This document shows, in pieces, positions 13,401 through 26,535 of a stretch of DNA of 64,000 nt. The translations under genes were made by a program, and so were the position numbers. The notes under the pieces are model-generated. The model made no database searches and had not been told where the DNA came from. It saw only the letters and a list, made by a program, of their open reading frames with translations. The stretch is from Chrysomallon squamiferum (Eukaryota > Animalia > Mollusca): the NCBI GenBank assembly GCA_012295275.1, contig CM022675.1, forward strand, positions 15,314,001 through 15,378,000, in the 5' to 3' direction. Numbering within the stretch: the stretch's first letter is position 1; each line of letters opens with the position of its first letter.

Positions 13401-16400
13401 GTGTGGTCATGATTTCGTCGTTTTCTGTATTCGTCATCATCAGCTAGTTTTAATTTGTCATTTCTTCTGTCACGATGTTTCCTTCTTTCATAATCCCCAT
13501 CATCATCAATAATTTGCTGTCGTTCTTCTTTCTTTGGTTTCCTTTTGTCATCCTATGTGTTTACATTTTTTACAGATGTATAAGAAACAATGTGCACATG
13601 TATCTCATCAAACAAACATTTTGAGTATTTTTTACAGATGTGTGTGACTGACATTTATTTTATTTATAACAATATATTTGTCATAAATCCTTAAATGAAA
13701 TCTAGGAATACTTTTTTGGTCCTAAGTTTGCTGAATGCTGGCTTTTATTTCATTCACAGCAAATTTTTTGAAGACTGCTCTTTCCCCTTTTGTTTTTTTT
13801 TTGTTTTGTTTTTTCTAAGTAATAACAATGTAACAAATGTAAAATTTATTTCTGAGTAGAATATGTGGTATTGAAAAATATTAAATGAAAAAAATCTAGA
13901 AACTTATAAAATATGTATCAAATAAAATTTTAAGTAAGATTATTCTTTACACAAATGTTGTTAAATGAAAAGTTATTTTCTATTGAATGGTATCATTCAA
14001 GGACACTCTTTTTGAATTTTCTTTAGCTTTAAGAAGTAGTCATTAAAAAAGTTAGTTCAGAATTCAAAGATTATATTAATTAAAGTATACACACTGTTTT
14101 TCCTTCCTTCTGCTCTCTTCTCTCTCTCCTTTCCTTTCTTTGTCTTTCTCTTTCTTCCTGCAGTGTAAAAGTTTCATGTAGCTTTCATATATAACATAAT
14201 TCAACAACAGATCCAAGCAGCTTAACAAAGATACATTCATTCATCAAATGGTAAACAATCTTGTGTTATAAGTAAATAATTTCTGTTTGAAAAGAAATTA
14301 TTTTTTCTGGTATGTAATGCCAATGTACAGCATTATTATAAAAATATAAACTGAATAAAGCAGTGAATCCTGTGATAGCAAACAGTATGCGTACTCTACC
14401 TCTGTGATATGAACCTCAGGTTCAGGTGATATGTCATGACGTCTTCGTCTGTTGTTCTATAAAAACATCAAAACTTACTCATTTATTTGATATAATAAAT
14501 GGTTAGTATTTTTGTTTTCCTGAAATGGATCATGATTACACTTAAAAAGATCTGATGTTTCTCAAAACTTCCCTTTCTATAAATTACAGGTTTCTTTTAG
14601 GCAATGATTCTGAAGTTTTTATGGTTTCATTACAATGTTTGCTGCTTGAAAGATGTGCTACAAACAACATTTAAAATATGAAAATTTAATAAATAAATAA
14701 AAAATAAATAAAATAAAATAAATGTGTTAATAAAACTATATTCATGAAACAACATATTAAAAAAGAAAACAATAATATATCTATAAATAACCTCCAATAA
14801 ACAAAAACTATTTTATCAAAAATAGCATGCAATAAAAACAATTATATAATACTTGTAAATACTTGTAAACAGAACCCTTTGGTATTTTTTTTTATTATTA
14901 TTTAATGTGTTTATGTTATCTGAAAGCTCTTTGGCAGAAATTTTGTACAACTAATCCTCAGGACAAAAATGGTTATATGAGAGTGTTTTGAATATTAGAC
15001 AAGAGACATGTTGTTTTGACAATTTAACAGTATTTGAATTACCTAGATCAATTCAAATCAGCTGCAGGATTAATTACCCCACCATCATGATTAACATAAA
15101 GTATCAAGAATTAAATGCAATATTAAACACATCTTGAATGTAGAACAAGAACATTATATAATATAAAAAAAATAAGTGAAATGAGTATAACCAATATAGA
15201 TTAATGATACATTTATCTAATACATAGAAATTATTATTTTGCATTAAGTAATTGTATCTTGTTTCAGAACAGTTGATTAAACCAAACAACTTTCAAATGA
15301 AATCAAACAGGTGAAATGAACAAAACAGAAATTGTGAAGTGGTTCTCACAGTAGTATCTTTTTGATTCAACTTCTTTTCTTCACCATAGTGACCTCGCCG
15401 CTTTTCTTCTTGTCCATTTAATTCATCTCTATGTCTTTGTCTTTCTTTCCCTTCTGTAACAAATTAATTGTTATAATTATTCTACTGAAAATGGCAAAGT
15501 GGTATCTGTAGTGGTAAGTTAACTACTAATATGAATGAATGAATGAATAAATGTTTTATTAATAATATATGAACTAATTTTAATGTTAATGATTATGTCA
15601 CCTATTTTTATATTATACGCATACACACAATCATATACACATTATATGTATGTGTGTATGTGTGTATGTGTGAATGCATGCATTTGTTTAACTGTATGTT
15701 TTCCTGTCATTATATTCTTGAATACTTGGCTACTATGGAGTGAAAAATTAAATGTAAAGTTTTAAATTGATATAGAAAGGTCCTAGCAAGTTAATTAATG
15801 AAATAATAAATATATTTTTAACATTTTATCTGAAAAACATATTGACACTAAATTATGGTTTATAACTCTGATTGGCTGAATATTTAACAAAACAGAATTC
15901 ACATGAAATATATTTCTTTTTATAAAATGGATAAAATAAAGTTAATGCAACTTATTTTCTATATGAAACTGACTCTAGCATGCTTTAGATGTAATATTTC
16001 TATTTGAATTTTAAAACATCTAGGGAAGTGTGAGCATTATTTCACTATATTGTGGCTTGCAATATGTTTCATGTTCTTTTAATTTTCAAATACTTGTCTT
16101 ATATTTTTAGCTCCAGCTAAGCACTAAACATTAACAAAATAAATATATAATATCAATATAAATAATTGCATGTAAAAGTTGAAACAGTATACATAAAATT
16201 AAATGTTACTGGAAAATATTTAATTTTTTTTTTAAAGTATCTAGGTACAACTAATACTCACTGTCATATCAAAAAAGTAAAATACCATAAGAAACATTGC
16301 CTATAATAAATATATTTTTATCATTTTATTGTTGACAATTAAATGATTTAAGATATAAATAATTTATTGTTTTTAATTAAGCAAAGTAACTCTAATTTAC

Positions 16401-18719
16401 CTTCAAGGTCACGATGCCTGTGTCTGTCATCTGCATCATGGCGGTGTCTTTTTTTATCAAAGTCATCTCGGCTACCCTAAGATATATTTCACATTATTAA
16501 CATGAACAAATAATTAGTAAAAACATTAAAAACTTGTAATAGAAAATTATATTTTGTATAAAATAAATAAATCCAGACTTGGAGAATGTTTCACCAAACA
16601 TATATTTTTTTAACTATGATACATCAGAGATGTCAAATAAAAAGTGGAAAATGTGTTAAACCAAGTCCAGCAAGACAAATAAATAAATAAATATTTTATT
16701 TTTCGCTGTAGTGACTTTGTTGTCAACCTATTTGTGTCTTCAGTTCACAGTTTAAAGTTTAGGTTTTTTTTATTATTAAATTAAAATATTTAATAAACAA
16801 ATAAAAATTAATCAAATGTTACAATGTTTAAATTGAAAGAAAAATATTGCTGCAAATACAAAAACAAATCTGTTCCAGATTATTTAAAGATAAAGATTCA
16901 TGAATGGATGCATGCTGAAGTAAAGGAATCATTTGTAAATTTTTTGTAAAATAATTATTAAAAGCAAGAAAAAAAAACAGAAACACCTTAGGAATATACA
17001 TAATAAAATTAAAATAAATAACTGGAAAAGTGAATTCATTCTCTGAAAAAAGAAAATAATATTTAAAACAAACTAGAACCATAGTAATAATAAAAATAAA
17101 AATGTAATAATAAAAACAGGTACAATAACCATGAAGTGAGCATTGATGGAATCTGTTTATGAATGAAAACAGATATTCTACCTTCATAGCTTTACTTAAT
17201 TCATCAGGTGTCCAAGTATCATCTTTTGAACGTTGCTAAAAAGAGACAAATATGCTTAAACATCAGTTCTGCTATCGTTAATGTAATTCATATATATTTG
17301 TATTTATTTTCTTTGAAGATTTGAAAATAAAATACAAAGTATATTTAAATAATAACCATTCTATTGTTTATTTACTGTCTAAAATATTACTAACTTAGTT
17401 CCAACAATGAATTCGAACTGTCACCATTATACCATGTGGAATGGTGAACAAGGATTCTCAGAATGACAAGAATGACAAAGTGAATAATTATGGTTAAGGT
17501 TGGTTTATTTAACAATTTGTACATTAAATAGTTTACAATCAGGAAAAATACAGACTTCTTATTAACGTTTCTTACAATCTGTTTGAACTTATTGGATTTT
17601 ATTTTAGAATTCAATAAACAACATATCAGTTTCAGCCTCTCATTTTTAAATGATAAGTTCAGAGTTTTATAATAATTATTATAATTTCTGTGAAATCTTT
17701 AACTAAATAAATAAATAAATAAATAAATAAATGATATTTTTGTTTTATTTATTTATCATTTTTAAACCATCTCATTATGCAGTGATCAGAAAATACTGAA
17801 AAAAAAGAGAGAAAAAACCCCAAATGCGTGTGGTGGTGTGATTGTGTGATATAACACTAAGATAACAGACAAGTTCAATAAACTGACTATAACTGAAATT
17901 TTAGACTAGCATTTAAGTGAAATAGAAGTGAATGTAATGTATAATTTTGTGAACCAATAACAGTATTTTGAATAAATTATATTTTATTGATAAGTTTAGC
18001 ATTTAACCCAGTTATTTTATATGTCTTCTTCTGGATACATTTAGTTACCAAATATTTATTATCCAAAAGAATTAATAACAACAACAACAACAACAACAAC
18101 AATTTATTAATTAGTTAATATTTCAAAAAAAATTCAATAACAAATTCAATATTCACATTCTGTGAACAAACTCAAGATTTTAATGCTGCTGATTGAAAAG
18201 ATGATGCTAGATATTTCATGTTATAAAACATTCATGATTCAAACATCTCAATATTTATTTATATATTTTACTTTATGAAAACTGTAGCTTGTACACAAAT
18301 GTGTATAACAAAAATTTTATTAATCGTGAATTATGTGATAAACATATGTTAAAGCTCGTCTGGGTTTTTGTTTTATTTTAAACTTTTGATGGAATTTATT
18401 TATTCATTAGTTCAGTATATTACTGACTTTTCATTATATTAGTTATTACTGATTATAATACAAAATACTGATCATCTGGTTAATCAAATAATAAAAAAAT
18501 AATAAGGGAAAGAAATAAATTCTCAATTATCTTTATTTTTGGAAAGAACTTATTACTTAAGAAGAATATAAATTTCAAATATAAATTAACAAAATTAAAA
18601 TTATTAACAAATTACAATAAAATAATTTTTTGAAATGTAATGTTAGAAACTACCATTCTTCTCTGAATAAAATCATTACAGAATTATTATACAATAAGAC
18701 GTACCTTTCCTGATGGCAT
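1..18719 (-). CDS. WDR60: Cytoplasmic dynein-2 intermediate chain 1 (WD repeat protein 60); 30 coding exons in window, 3' end beyond position 1
   Basis: Exons (- strand, GT-AG, phases continuous): 18719-18705, 17235-17182, 16476-16401, 15453-15350, 14456-14400, 14157-14095, 13552-13385, 13221-13168, 12746-12439, 12040-12010, 11548-11474, 11257-11210, 9673-9584, 9006-8758, 8304-8193, 7887-7796, 7604-7481, 7242-7166, 6827-6751, 6255-6180, 5865-5763, 4934-4862, 4522-4497, 2770-2706, 2209-2091, 1704-1617, 1210-1144, 872-814, 663-618, 32-<1. Translation: MPSGKQRSKDDTW start, R/E/K/D-rich N-terminus, DYEDDFE, FDLPPVREYELYIRSFG, VYIQTNEDN..EIQTE, DGSVVVWDLRE, GLSFQLASLEENG, DLGLAPGGRIKL, AGCDDGS. 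These match WDR60/DYNC2I1 motifs as I recall them. Confidence 0.95.
2883..3128 (+). pseudogene. Inverted duplicate of WDR60 exon 8304-8193 with flanking intron (pseudo-exon 2961-3063, 9-bp deletion)
   Basis: 2961-3063 is the reverse complement of 8193-8304 apart from one substitution and loss of 9 bp (agagtcctc). The acceptor (tttaaag), the donor (gttagt) and ~60-80 bp of intron on each side are also copied. Confidence 0.93.
3399..4437. mobile_element. Solo LTR (~1.04 kb) in a WDR60 intron
   Basis: Begins TGTGACGG and ends CCGTGACA (TG..CA, imperfect inverted termini). Flanked by a perfect 5-bp direct repeat GTAAG (3394-3398 and 4438-4442). Internal TATATAA near 3857. No coding ORF. Confidence 0.85.
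8350..8690. repeat. Minisatellite, ~31-33 bp unit (acacagattatgttaacatattttctatatt), about 10 copies
   Basis: Tandem units visible directly; they fill most of the WDR60 intron 8757-8305. Confidence 0.9.
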
Positions 18720-20503
18720 TGTATATTTTATTATTTCGTTGTTTTCTTTCCAGGTGTTTTATTATTGGAATCTCAATCTCTTACATGTAACTATCACCAA
18801 TGACGCCATTTCAAACTTGTCAAGGTATTTCCGTAAGTGAATTCAAAGTCGTAAACTAATAAAATGTTTAAATGTTATCTTAATAAATAACACTTAGCAT
18901 AAGATATGTATTAGTATCCTAAAAATGATAATGTAATATAATATTTAAAGCATAACTAAAACTGTAATGCACAAGTTACAGAGTAAAACGAACATTAATC
19001 GGAATTGTTCGGAAATATTCGGAAACCTTTTGGAGCATGTCACACAGCCAACAAGAAAGGAAGCCAAAAGCGAGAAGAGTAGAACTGTCCATGTCAATTG
19101 CAACAGAAGGATTCCTATTACCAAAAGAATAATACAAATTATTTTCATATTCAAATGTCGTATAAAATAACGCATATCGAATCACAATATGAACTCTTTG
19201 ACCCTTTATCACAACCACTTTATTAAGAAAAAATAAGAAAAATGATAAAACAAAAATAATAATAATATTAATAATAATAATAAAAAGATGAATACTTAAT
19301 GAAAACATAATTATTATATTTTTTAAAAAATAAATGAATAAATAAATAACAACCTAATATTAGTTATTACCAATACCAGTTGTTCCACATCTCTGAAGTG
19401 AGCAATGAAGAACATTAATATTTAGATGGAAATTTGCTACTTTGTATAATCTTGCTGTATGTAATTATAATTAAGGAATGTAGTATATTCAGTGTTACTA
19501 ATTACTTGATTACATTTGTAATATATTCAAAAGATAACAGCTAATTCAGTTTTACAATTTAATAGTCTTTGTTTTTCTCATTCATTTGAGACGCAAGGGA
19601 AATATTAATGTATTTGTTTACAATGCTCTGATTTTAGTTTGGTACCTACGGTATGTATTTTAAACCATGACTTCTTTTATATTTTATTTTTTTAAATTAT
19701 TTTATTTATTTATTTATTTATGTATTATTATTATATTTTATTATTATTATTATTTTTATTTATGTTAATATGAATCTTGTTAAATATGATTTAAAGAACA
19801 TAGTGGGGTTTTTATGTTGATGTATCTTTTTTGTTGTCGTTTTTTTTCAAATTATAAAATTAAATTTTCATTCAAATAGAAACACAAAGGGTCTCAACTT
19901 GTGATGTTATGATAAACTGCTTGATTTGTTCTGTTACAATTTGTAAATATCTTGTTGTGAAATGTATTTGTTCTTGTAATAGTTCCTCAAATATAATGTA
20001 ATAGCAATAAATATGTTATGACATAATTTGCTGCTGTTAACTAGAAACAAATGTATATCCATGCACATATTTGTGAAATAGGAACTTTTACTTATCTTGT
20101 TCTTGATAAATGCATTTACCCAAAACATGCATGCTCTTACTTTTTTATAAATTCAACACAAATCTGTCAATTTGCTTTACATTTAGAAAAACAAATAACA
20201 GCACTTGACTAATTAATATTCACAAACATTCAATAAAATGTTAGTAACTGTCATGGCACAAATCATTTTCTGAACATTTCTGTTTATGCATTTTTATATA
20301 CTAATCAGTTATCATTTAAAAACAAAAACAAAAAAACCCCAAAACAACACTAAGTATGAGCAATTTATTAAAAATAAGAAAATAAATATATTAGCAAAAT
20401 AAGTATTTCAAATTAAAATATTTAAATATGGTAAAAGATAAATATCTACTTAAAGGCTTTTCCAAATATGTTTATAATGTATGTTGTAACATATTTATCC
20501 AAA

Positions 20504-21000
20504 TACCGTATATACTTGTGTATAAGTCAAATTTTTGGGAGACTATATTAAGGTAATATTTTGGGGGTCGACTTATACATAGGTAATGCTTTTGTAGCTG
20601 TTGCTGAAGAGTCGCCATTTTGACTATTTTTTGCTACGGGATGCATCTAAAATAATCGCGGTCTTTCAGCTTTTCAAAAATATAATTTTATCGTATAAAA
20701 AATTTTGAAAAATTAAATAACAAAACCAAATATGAATGTAAAACATGATATTCTTCCGTTTAATGACATAAAAATACATTTTAACGCGAGAAAACCGTCA
20801 GTGCAGCGTCTTGCAATGATTTAGGCTATAGCTTGTGTAATACATGCATTTACGTTATTATGGTATGTTCGTGCAAGTTACAGCTCGTGCAAGTTATGTT
20901 ACAGTAGGCATACAATGTAGGCCTTCATGGCACTGTCACACTGGTCTAAAAATAGTGACGGTGCCTGGAATCTACAGTCGACTTTTACACAAGTAATACC
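20504..21000. mobile_element. Pogo/Tigger-like non-autonomous DNA transposon fragment
   Basis: Starts TA-CCGTATATACTTGTGTATAAGTC, which resembles the TIR of Tc1/mariner-pogo MITEs. Internal repeats of gtcgact(t/a)tac at ~20567 and ~20977. GC content is above the flanks. The right TIR is not found. Confidence 0.55.
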
Positions 21001-21745
21001 TAAAATGTTTCATACTATTATAGCTGTTCAGAAATATTCTGTTCATTTCTTTTTTCACCACAGTTATACAAAAAGATATATATATATATATATATATTAA
21101 TATAAAAATAAATAAATGTGTTAAAAAACAGAAGTCTTCTGATTATCCACAACAAGCCATGCTATATTAACCTTTAAGCAAAATAAATACATGCACTAAT
21201 CCAGAAAATATGAAATTCATATTTCTAAGTAATATTAATTTTTGAAGGAGATATATGAAAGTAAATCTTTATTCTACAATAATGACATCTAAGACTGAAT
21301 GTTGTCAGTAACCTTTAACCGATCATCTGGGCCTGTGATTGGGATATTTTTAATTCAACACACATATTAAGATTTTGAAGATTAGGACCTTAAAATTTAA
21401 ATATTTTTTAAACAAGAGTGTACTTTCATTTCCTTAATTTTTTTTAAAAATAATAATAATAATAGTAATTACAAAAATGTTTTAAAACTAACATTTAGTG
21501 GACCACTAAAGCTTTTAAACTTTGTACTGGTCTTCTTTAATTAAAAGCTCTTTTAAGAACTTTGGTGTCTTGAGATGGTTCAGGTAATTATTGATTACAG
21601 AATATACTGTTACAATGGTGAGCTTTTCTGAAATAATCATTGTTTATAGAGTTTTTTTAGTTTTTTAAATATAACAACTGTAATAAGATATGATGTTAAA
21701 TCATTCAAATATCCCAAACATGAAGCCATCGGGACCAATTTAGTT

Positions 21746-23688
21746 TCAGACATCTGTTTCAAGACAAACTAATGGTTGTATTGTGCTTTTCTGACTGTTC
21801 TCTGGAAATCCGCTTTCCTCTATACCTTTCTTATCACAATGCTTATATTGGTGTTTCCATAAAAACAAAACCAGAGCAACAACTGCAGCAATAACAACTG
21901 CAGCAATAGTAGCAATTAATATCTTCACCCAGACAGGTCCCAAAGAACCTGAAAAAACAAAGAATTATTGAAATTTATTGAAATAAAACCAACAGTGATT
22001 TAAATTTAAAACATTTAAAATTAAAAATAAAAATAGTCAAATAAGAAAGAAAAAGTGTCAAAACTGATTAGTGAATCCATGCTTACTCAAAAATACTTTG
22101 AGTGAGCATTTCAGCTGTTTATGCTGCTGCCTTTTATTTATTAATAAGTATTTACCTTGAAGTACGGGTGAATTTGTTTCATTGCTGGGCAGTTTTCCAG
22201 TGGTTGTCTCCTCTGAAATATGAAAAAAAAGAACAGTGAAACAGTATCAAATTCTTAATCTGTTTTGTTTCTATTGATCCAATGTTAAAAATTGGTGAAC
22301 ATCTGCTGTGAAAGGAAATAAGAAATGTAATTAAAAAATAAGACATAACCTGTCATGGTACATTTTAAATATTTTATTAATTTAGTTTGCTAGACAACGC
22401 TTATCAAAGGCATTCTATAGATTTTATAGTTGCTGTTGAATAATAATAAATAAAGAATTTTATCATTTTTATTTTGTGAGATAAAACCTATATTTTTTTT
22501 AATGAATTTTTAAAATATCAGAAGAACGAAAGAAACAACAGAAGATGTAAAAAAGAAAACCAAATTTTTGAGAGACATACCCTTGGATTGACAAAATGAC
22601 AGACAAAGACGATGCCTATCCCATTTTGTTTCACATGAGCATCTCTCACACCTGTCAACAGCCTCATCATAGTAATACCCGAAATCACACTGGAGCTGAT
22701 CTGAAAGAAACAATTTATCCACACATATACAATATAATTAAGTAATTTCGCAAATGAATAGTTTCATTGATTGAACAGTACATTAGCAGTGTGAAAGAGA
22801 ATTCTGCAGTGAATCACTGTTCAACCACACTCTTAAATAATAATGATAAATATTATCATCCTGAAATTATAAATGATTAATGGGTATATAAATAAGGAAA
22901 GAAACCATTATGGAACACCACTAATTATGTTTCTAATCTCTCTCTGGAAATGCATGTACATCAAATGATTTTCCCATTCTGAATGTAGAAAGGTCATTTA
23001 GACTAACGTAGCTATGAATAGATTATTGTATTTTGAATTTGTTATTATTATTATAAGAATATTAATATATTAAACTGACATTAAACTTCTTCTAATATGT
23101 TATACACAGTGCTGGATTACGATTTAGTAGGTGCATGGAGTACAAGTATTTTGTTCAATGTTTTATGTTGTTTCAAATGGAAAAAGACAGTAAACAAACA
23201 ATGTTTTGCTTAATATTTGGAGGCTCCTGGCCAGCAGCATATGAGACCTATGCCTTTATAGTTATAACACTGATTTAAAATAATAATAATAATAATAATA
23301 ATAATGTTTAACAGACCAGTTCATGTAAAAATCTAAATCATGGCACAACAGTTTGGCTTATTAAAATAGAGATATAACGCAGAAGAAACAAAACATTTTA
23401 TTTATTTATTTATTTAAATTGTTGATATTTAAAGAAATAATAATATTTTCCTACATCCTTTGTCCCTGTATGGTATATTCTTAGAATTATATTTCTACCA
23501 CATTGCTGCGATGTTTCAATTGTGAATATTGCATATTGACATTTCTTGTACCAGTGTACAATGTGAAAGAAACCAGTAGTGGAAATCTTAAATCGGACTT
23601 CACCTTGTTTCTTTTTTACATTTCCTTATGCTGATCGCATTATTTGCAGCTGAAGATGAATATCTTTAATTTATACAGTCTTCTGGGA

Positions 23689-23774
<86 letters not shown>

Positions 23775-23829
23775 AATAAATAAGAGAAATACAATATCGG
23801 AAGACGGGGATGGAGGAAGAACAAAAAAT

Positions 23830-23861
<32 letters not shown>

Positions 23862-23942
23862 AATCTTACCAGCTGATCGATCAACTTTTCCAACAACAAT
23901 TAGTAACAACTTTAATATGATTAAAGATGTAAATTTCTTCAT
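21746..23942 (-). CDS. Small type I membrane protein with one TNFR-like cysteine-rich domain (Fn14/BCMA/TACI-like), 150 aa
   Basis: Exons 23942-23870, 22700-22581, 22212-22156, 21948-21746; all introns phase 1 GT-AG; 453 nt total. Signal peptide MKKFTSLIILKLLLIVVGKV; 6-Cys domain CDFGYYYDEAVDRCERCSCETKWDRHRLCLSFC; S/T/P stalk with NET sequon; TM ILIATIAAVVIAAVVALVLFLW; tail KHQYKHCDKKGIEESG...CLETDV-stop. Confidence 0.85.
23689..23780. repeat. (AAT)n microsatellite
   Basis: Direct reading; it explains the poly-I/L/Y ORFs in the track. Confidence 0.95.
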
Positions 23943-24438
23943 TATAGCAGAAAACTTTTTAAATATTAAAGTGGGGTAAAACTTGGGAATTAATTCATAT
24001 TTTGAAAAAGATGAGAGGAGTGAACCAAAGAACCTTCCAAACATTTTTTTTTATGTTGGTTTGGATGAAAAAGAATGCTGAAGATTTTTTCTTGTTTCTG
24101 ATATTTTATCGATAATGATTAAATTTTTAATGTTTATTTATTTTATTAGTTTTAATAAAAAGATATTTTGTTTTCTTTACCATAATATATATAAAAAGTA
24201 ACAAAATAATAATTGAATAACGTATCGATGGGAATATAGTTCAGATGAGATGTTTTATGGTAAAGTTTTTAATCTATAAATTGAAGATATATAAAATATT
24301 TATAAAATATATAAATTTTATTTCAAATGAAAAAATGAAAACGGGTTTACAGATTTGAACAAAATTGTTTGTGAACTTTCTGTAGACTGCTAAAATTTGT
24401 CATTTAAGGAAAAAATCATTCTTCTTCTGTTTTCTTAG

Positions 24439-24753
24439 GCTCCGTCGACTTCAACATGAACCCTTCTTTTTTCGAGACACATTGCCAACCTATTCAAGCA
24501 TTCCTCTCCAACTCCGGTCAGCATCTCCCTTGTATCAAGACTGCAGACATTCCTTATACGTTCCTCTAACTCTTCAATACTCCTGGGCTTTGATGCATAG
24601 AATTTGCTTTACAGGAAGCCCCACAGAAAGAAGTCACAGGCTCTCAAATCACGTTGAAAGAAGCCTCAGAAAACAGAAGAGAGCTCTTGAATCACAGTCT
24701 GAAAGTTAACAACTAATTGTGTTCCTCCGTAAAAACAGAAATATAAAAATGAG
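24439..24753 (+). other. Candidate upstream, mostly non-coding exon of the CSAD/GADL1-like gene
   Basis: GC-richer block bounded by tttcttag| and ATGAG|gtattt. Splicing to 26529 (atag|ATTCAAGATG) would give in-frame M-R-F-K-M. The block contains short upstream ORFs. Confidence 0.4.
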
Positions 24754-26535
24754 GTATTTTGAATGCAGTCTATATATATATAATAATTATTATTTTGTTC
24801 AAAAAAATCACTTTATATTATTATGACAATCCGTAAAAATAATGATATTTTTTGCCGTTTTATATATATATATTAAATATATATATATATAATTGTTTTA
24901 AATGTTTATAAAAATAAAGATAACTATGAAATAACTGAATTAAAATTTTTTGTTTTAAATGTTTATAAATAGATACTGATAACTGAATATTGTAACATAT
25001 GACTTTTATTGCTTATTTATCAGTTTTAGAGAGCACATTTTATAGTCGAAATTAGATTGTTAAACAAAACTGATCCAAACGGAGAGAGAGATGATCAAAC
25101 TTTCAACTTCATGATTTAAAACAAACACGCAAAAGTTAATGTTAGCCGCAGGGATGGTTGAAAAGACAAAACTAGTTAATTTGAAAAGGAAATAATAATA
25201 AATAAATAAATAAATAAATAAATAACTAGGAATTAATATTTAATAGTATTGAATATCTACAAGATGATGATTTTAATTAGTGAAAAAATTACAGCCCAGG
25301 CTTGAAATATGTTGTTCTGTTTTGCTTTCAGATTTATTTTAGAGTTATCCCCATAAATGATAAAATAATAAATAAGTAAACAAAAATAAATATGTGTTTG
25401 TTAAAATCATATTAATTAAAATATAATATTCATTATATTGTCTTTAATGAAGTAGTTTTATAATTATAAATCGAAATACCGATTAAAGAAGATTTTCGTT
25501 ACTTTAGTAAACCTTTTCTTGTCGAATGGTAATTACTGCTTTGTTAAATTATAAATGTAACAGTGTTAGTAACAGTGGCAGTACTGTAAAAGAAAGAAAA
25601 AATTCCCCTCATTGCACAAAAGGTAACTATGTATTTATGCCTTAGAGGAAATTTTCCTCTTTTGTGAACGCGACCTTTACCTTCAATGAATCAATACAGT
25701 ATTTAGCATTTATATGATTACATAGCCCGTTGTATTTAAGAATGGAAATTTCCTCACGCGTTTTGTGTTTCCGATGCACAACATTCACCGCATTTCGGAT
25801 TACAGGTATGGAAACAATCTCCTCTCTATCTTTAGTATCGACAACACAGGTAAATCAAAACAAATTAATTAACATAAAACGGTGTTTGAACCAGGTGACA
25901 TAACTACAAAACGAAACAAATAAAATAAAATCTAAGAATTATTGTTCGGAAGCATTAAAATTAAATACAAACAGTACAGGTTGACAGGTTAATAACTTTG
26001 TTAAATATTGCTCCGGTGGGCAACCCGATAATCTAAATATATTTTAATTATGTTTTTTCACAATCTTATATTGTTTTAATATTTCAGTATTTGTTATTGG
26101 ATACTGCTGGGCAACAGTAAATATATTATAATTATATATGTAATGGTTATATAAGTACTGACATTTTTACCTGAACTAAGTGGCGTGAAGGTTAGAATGT
26201 TTCCATTAGCAATTCAGTTACAAGCATACTTTATTATCAACTAATCTAGGTCATAGAAATTATATGTATATGTGAAGAGGATAATGTGAATATTACAGTT
26301 ACTGAAAATTATTTGCTTGTAAATTATGATATTGCATTAAATTTCAAATAATATCTTAATTTGTAAGTATTTATTGCAGTAATAACTTTATTAATAAGAT
26401 ATAATGATCTGTGTTTGTGTGTGTGTGTATGTATGTGTGCAGTTCTTTCGTCCCTTTTGTGATGTTACTTTAATGATGCATGATAAATTGGTTAATAATT
26501 ACTTCTGGCACTTTTGTTTTTTGCATAGATTCAAG

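Noticed and set aside
18780-19120. RFX X-box or divergent gene upstream of ciliary WDR60
   Set aside because: Only weak partial matches (gtcaattgcaac); the short ORFs 18945-19308 have no recognisable motifs.
23107-23272. Possible small hAT-like MITE (CAGTGCTGGATTA...AACACTG) in the TNFR-like intron
   Set aside because: Termini too degenerate and no convincing TSD.
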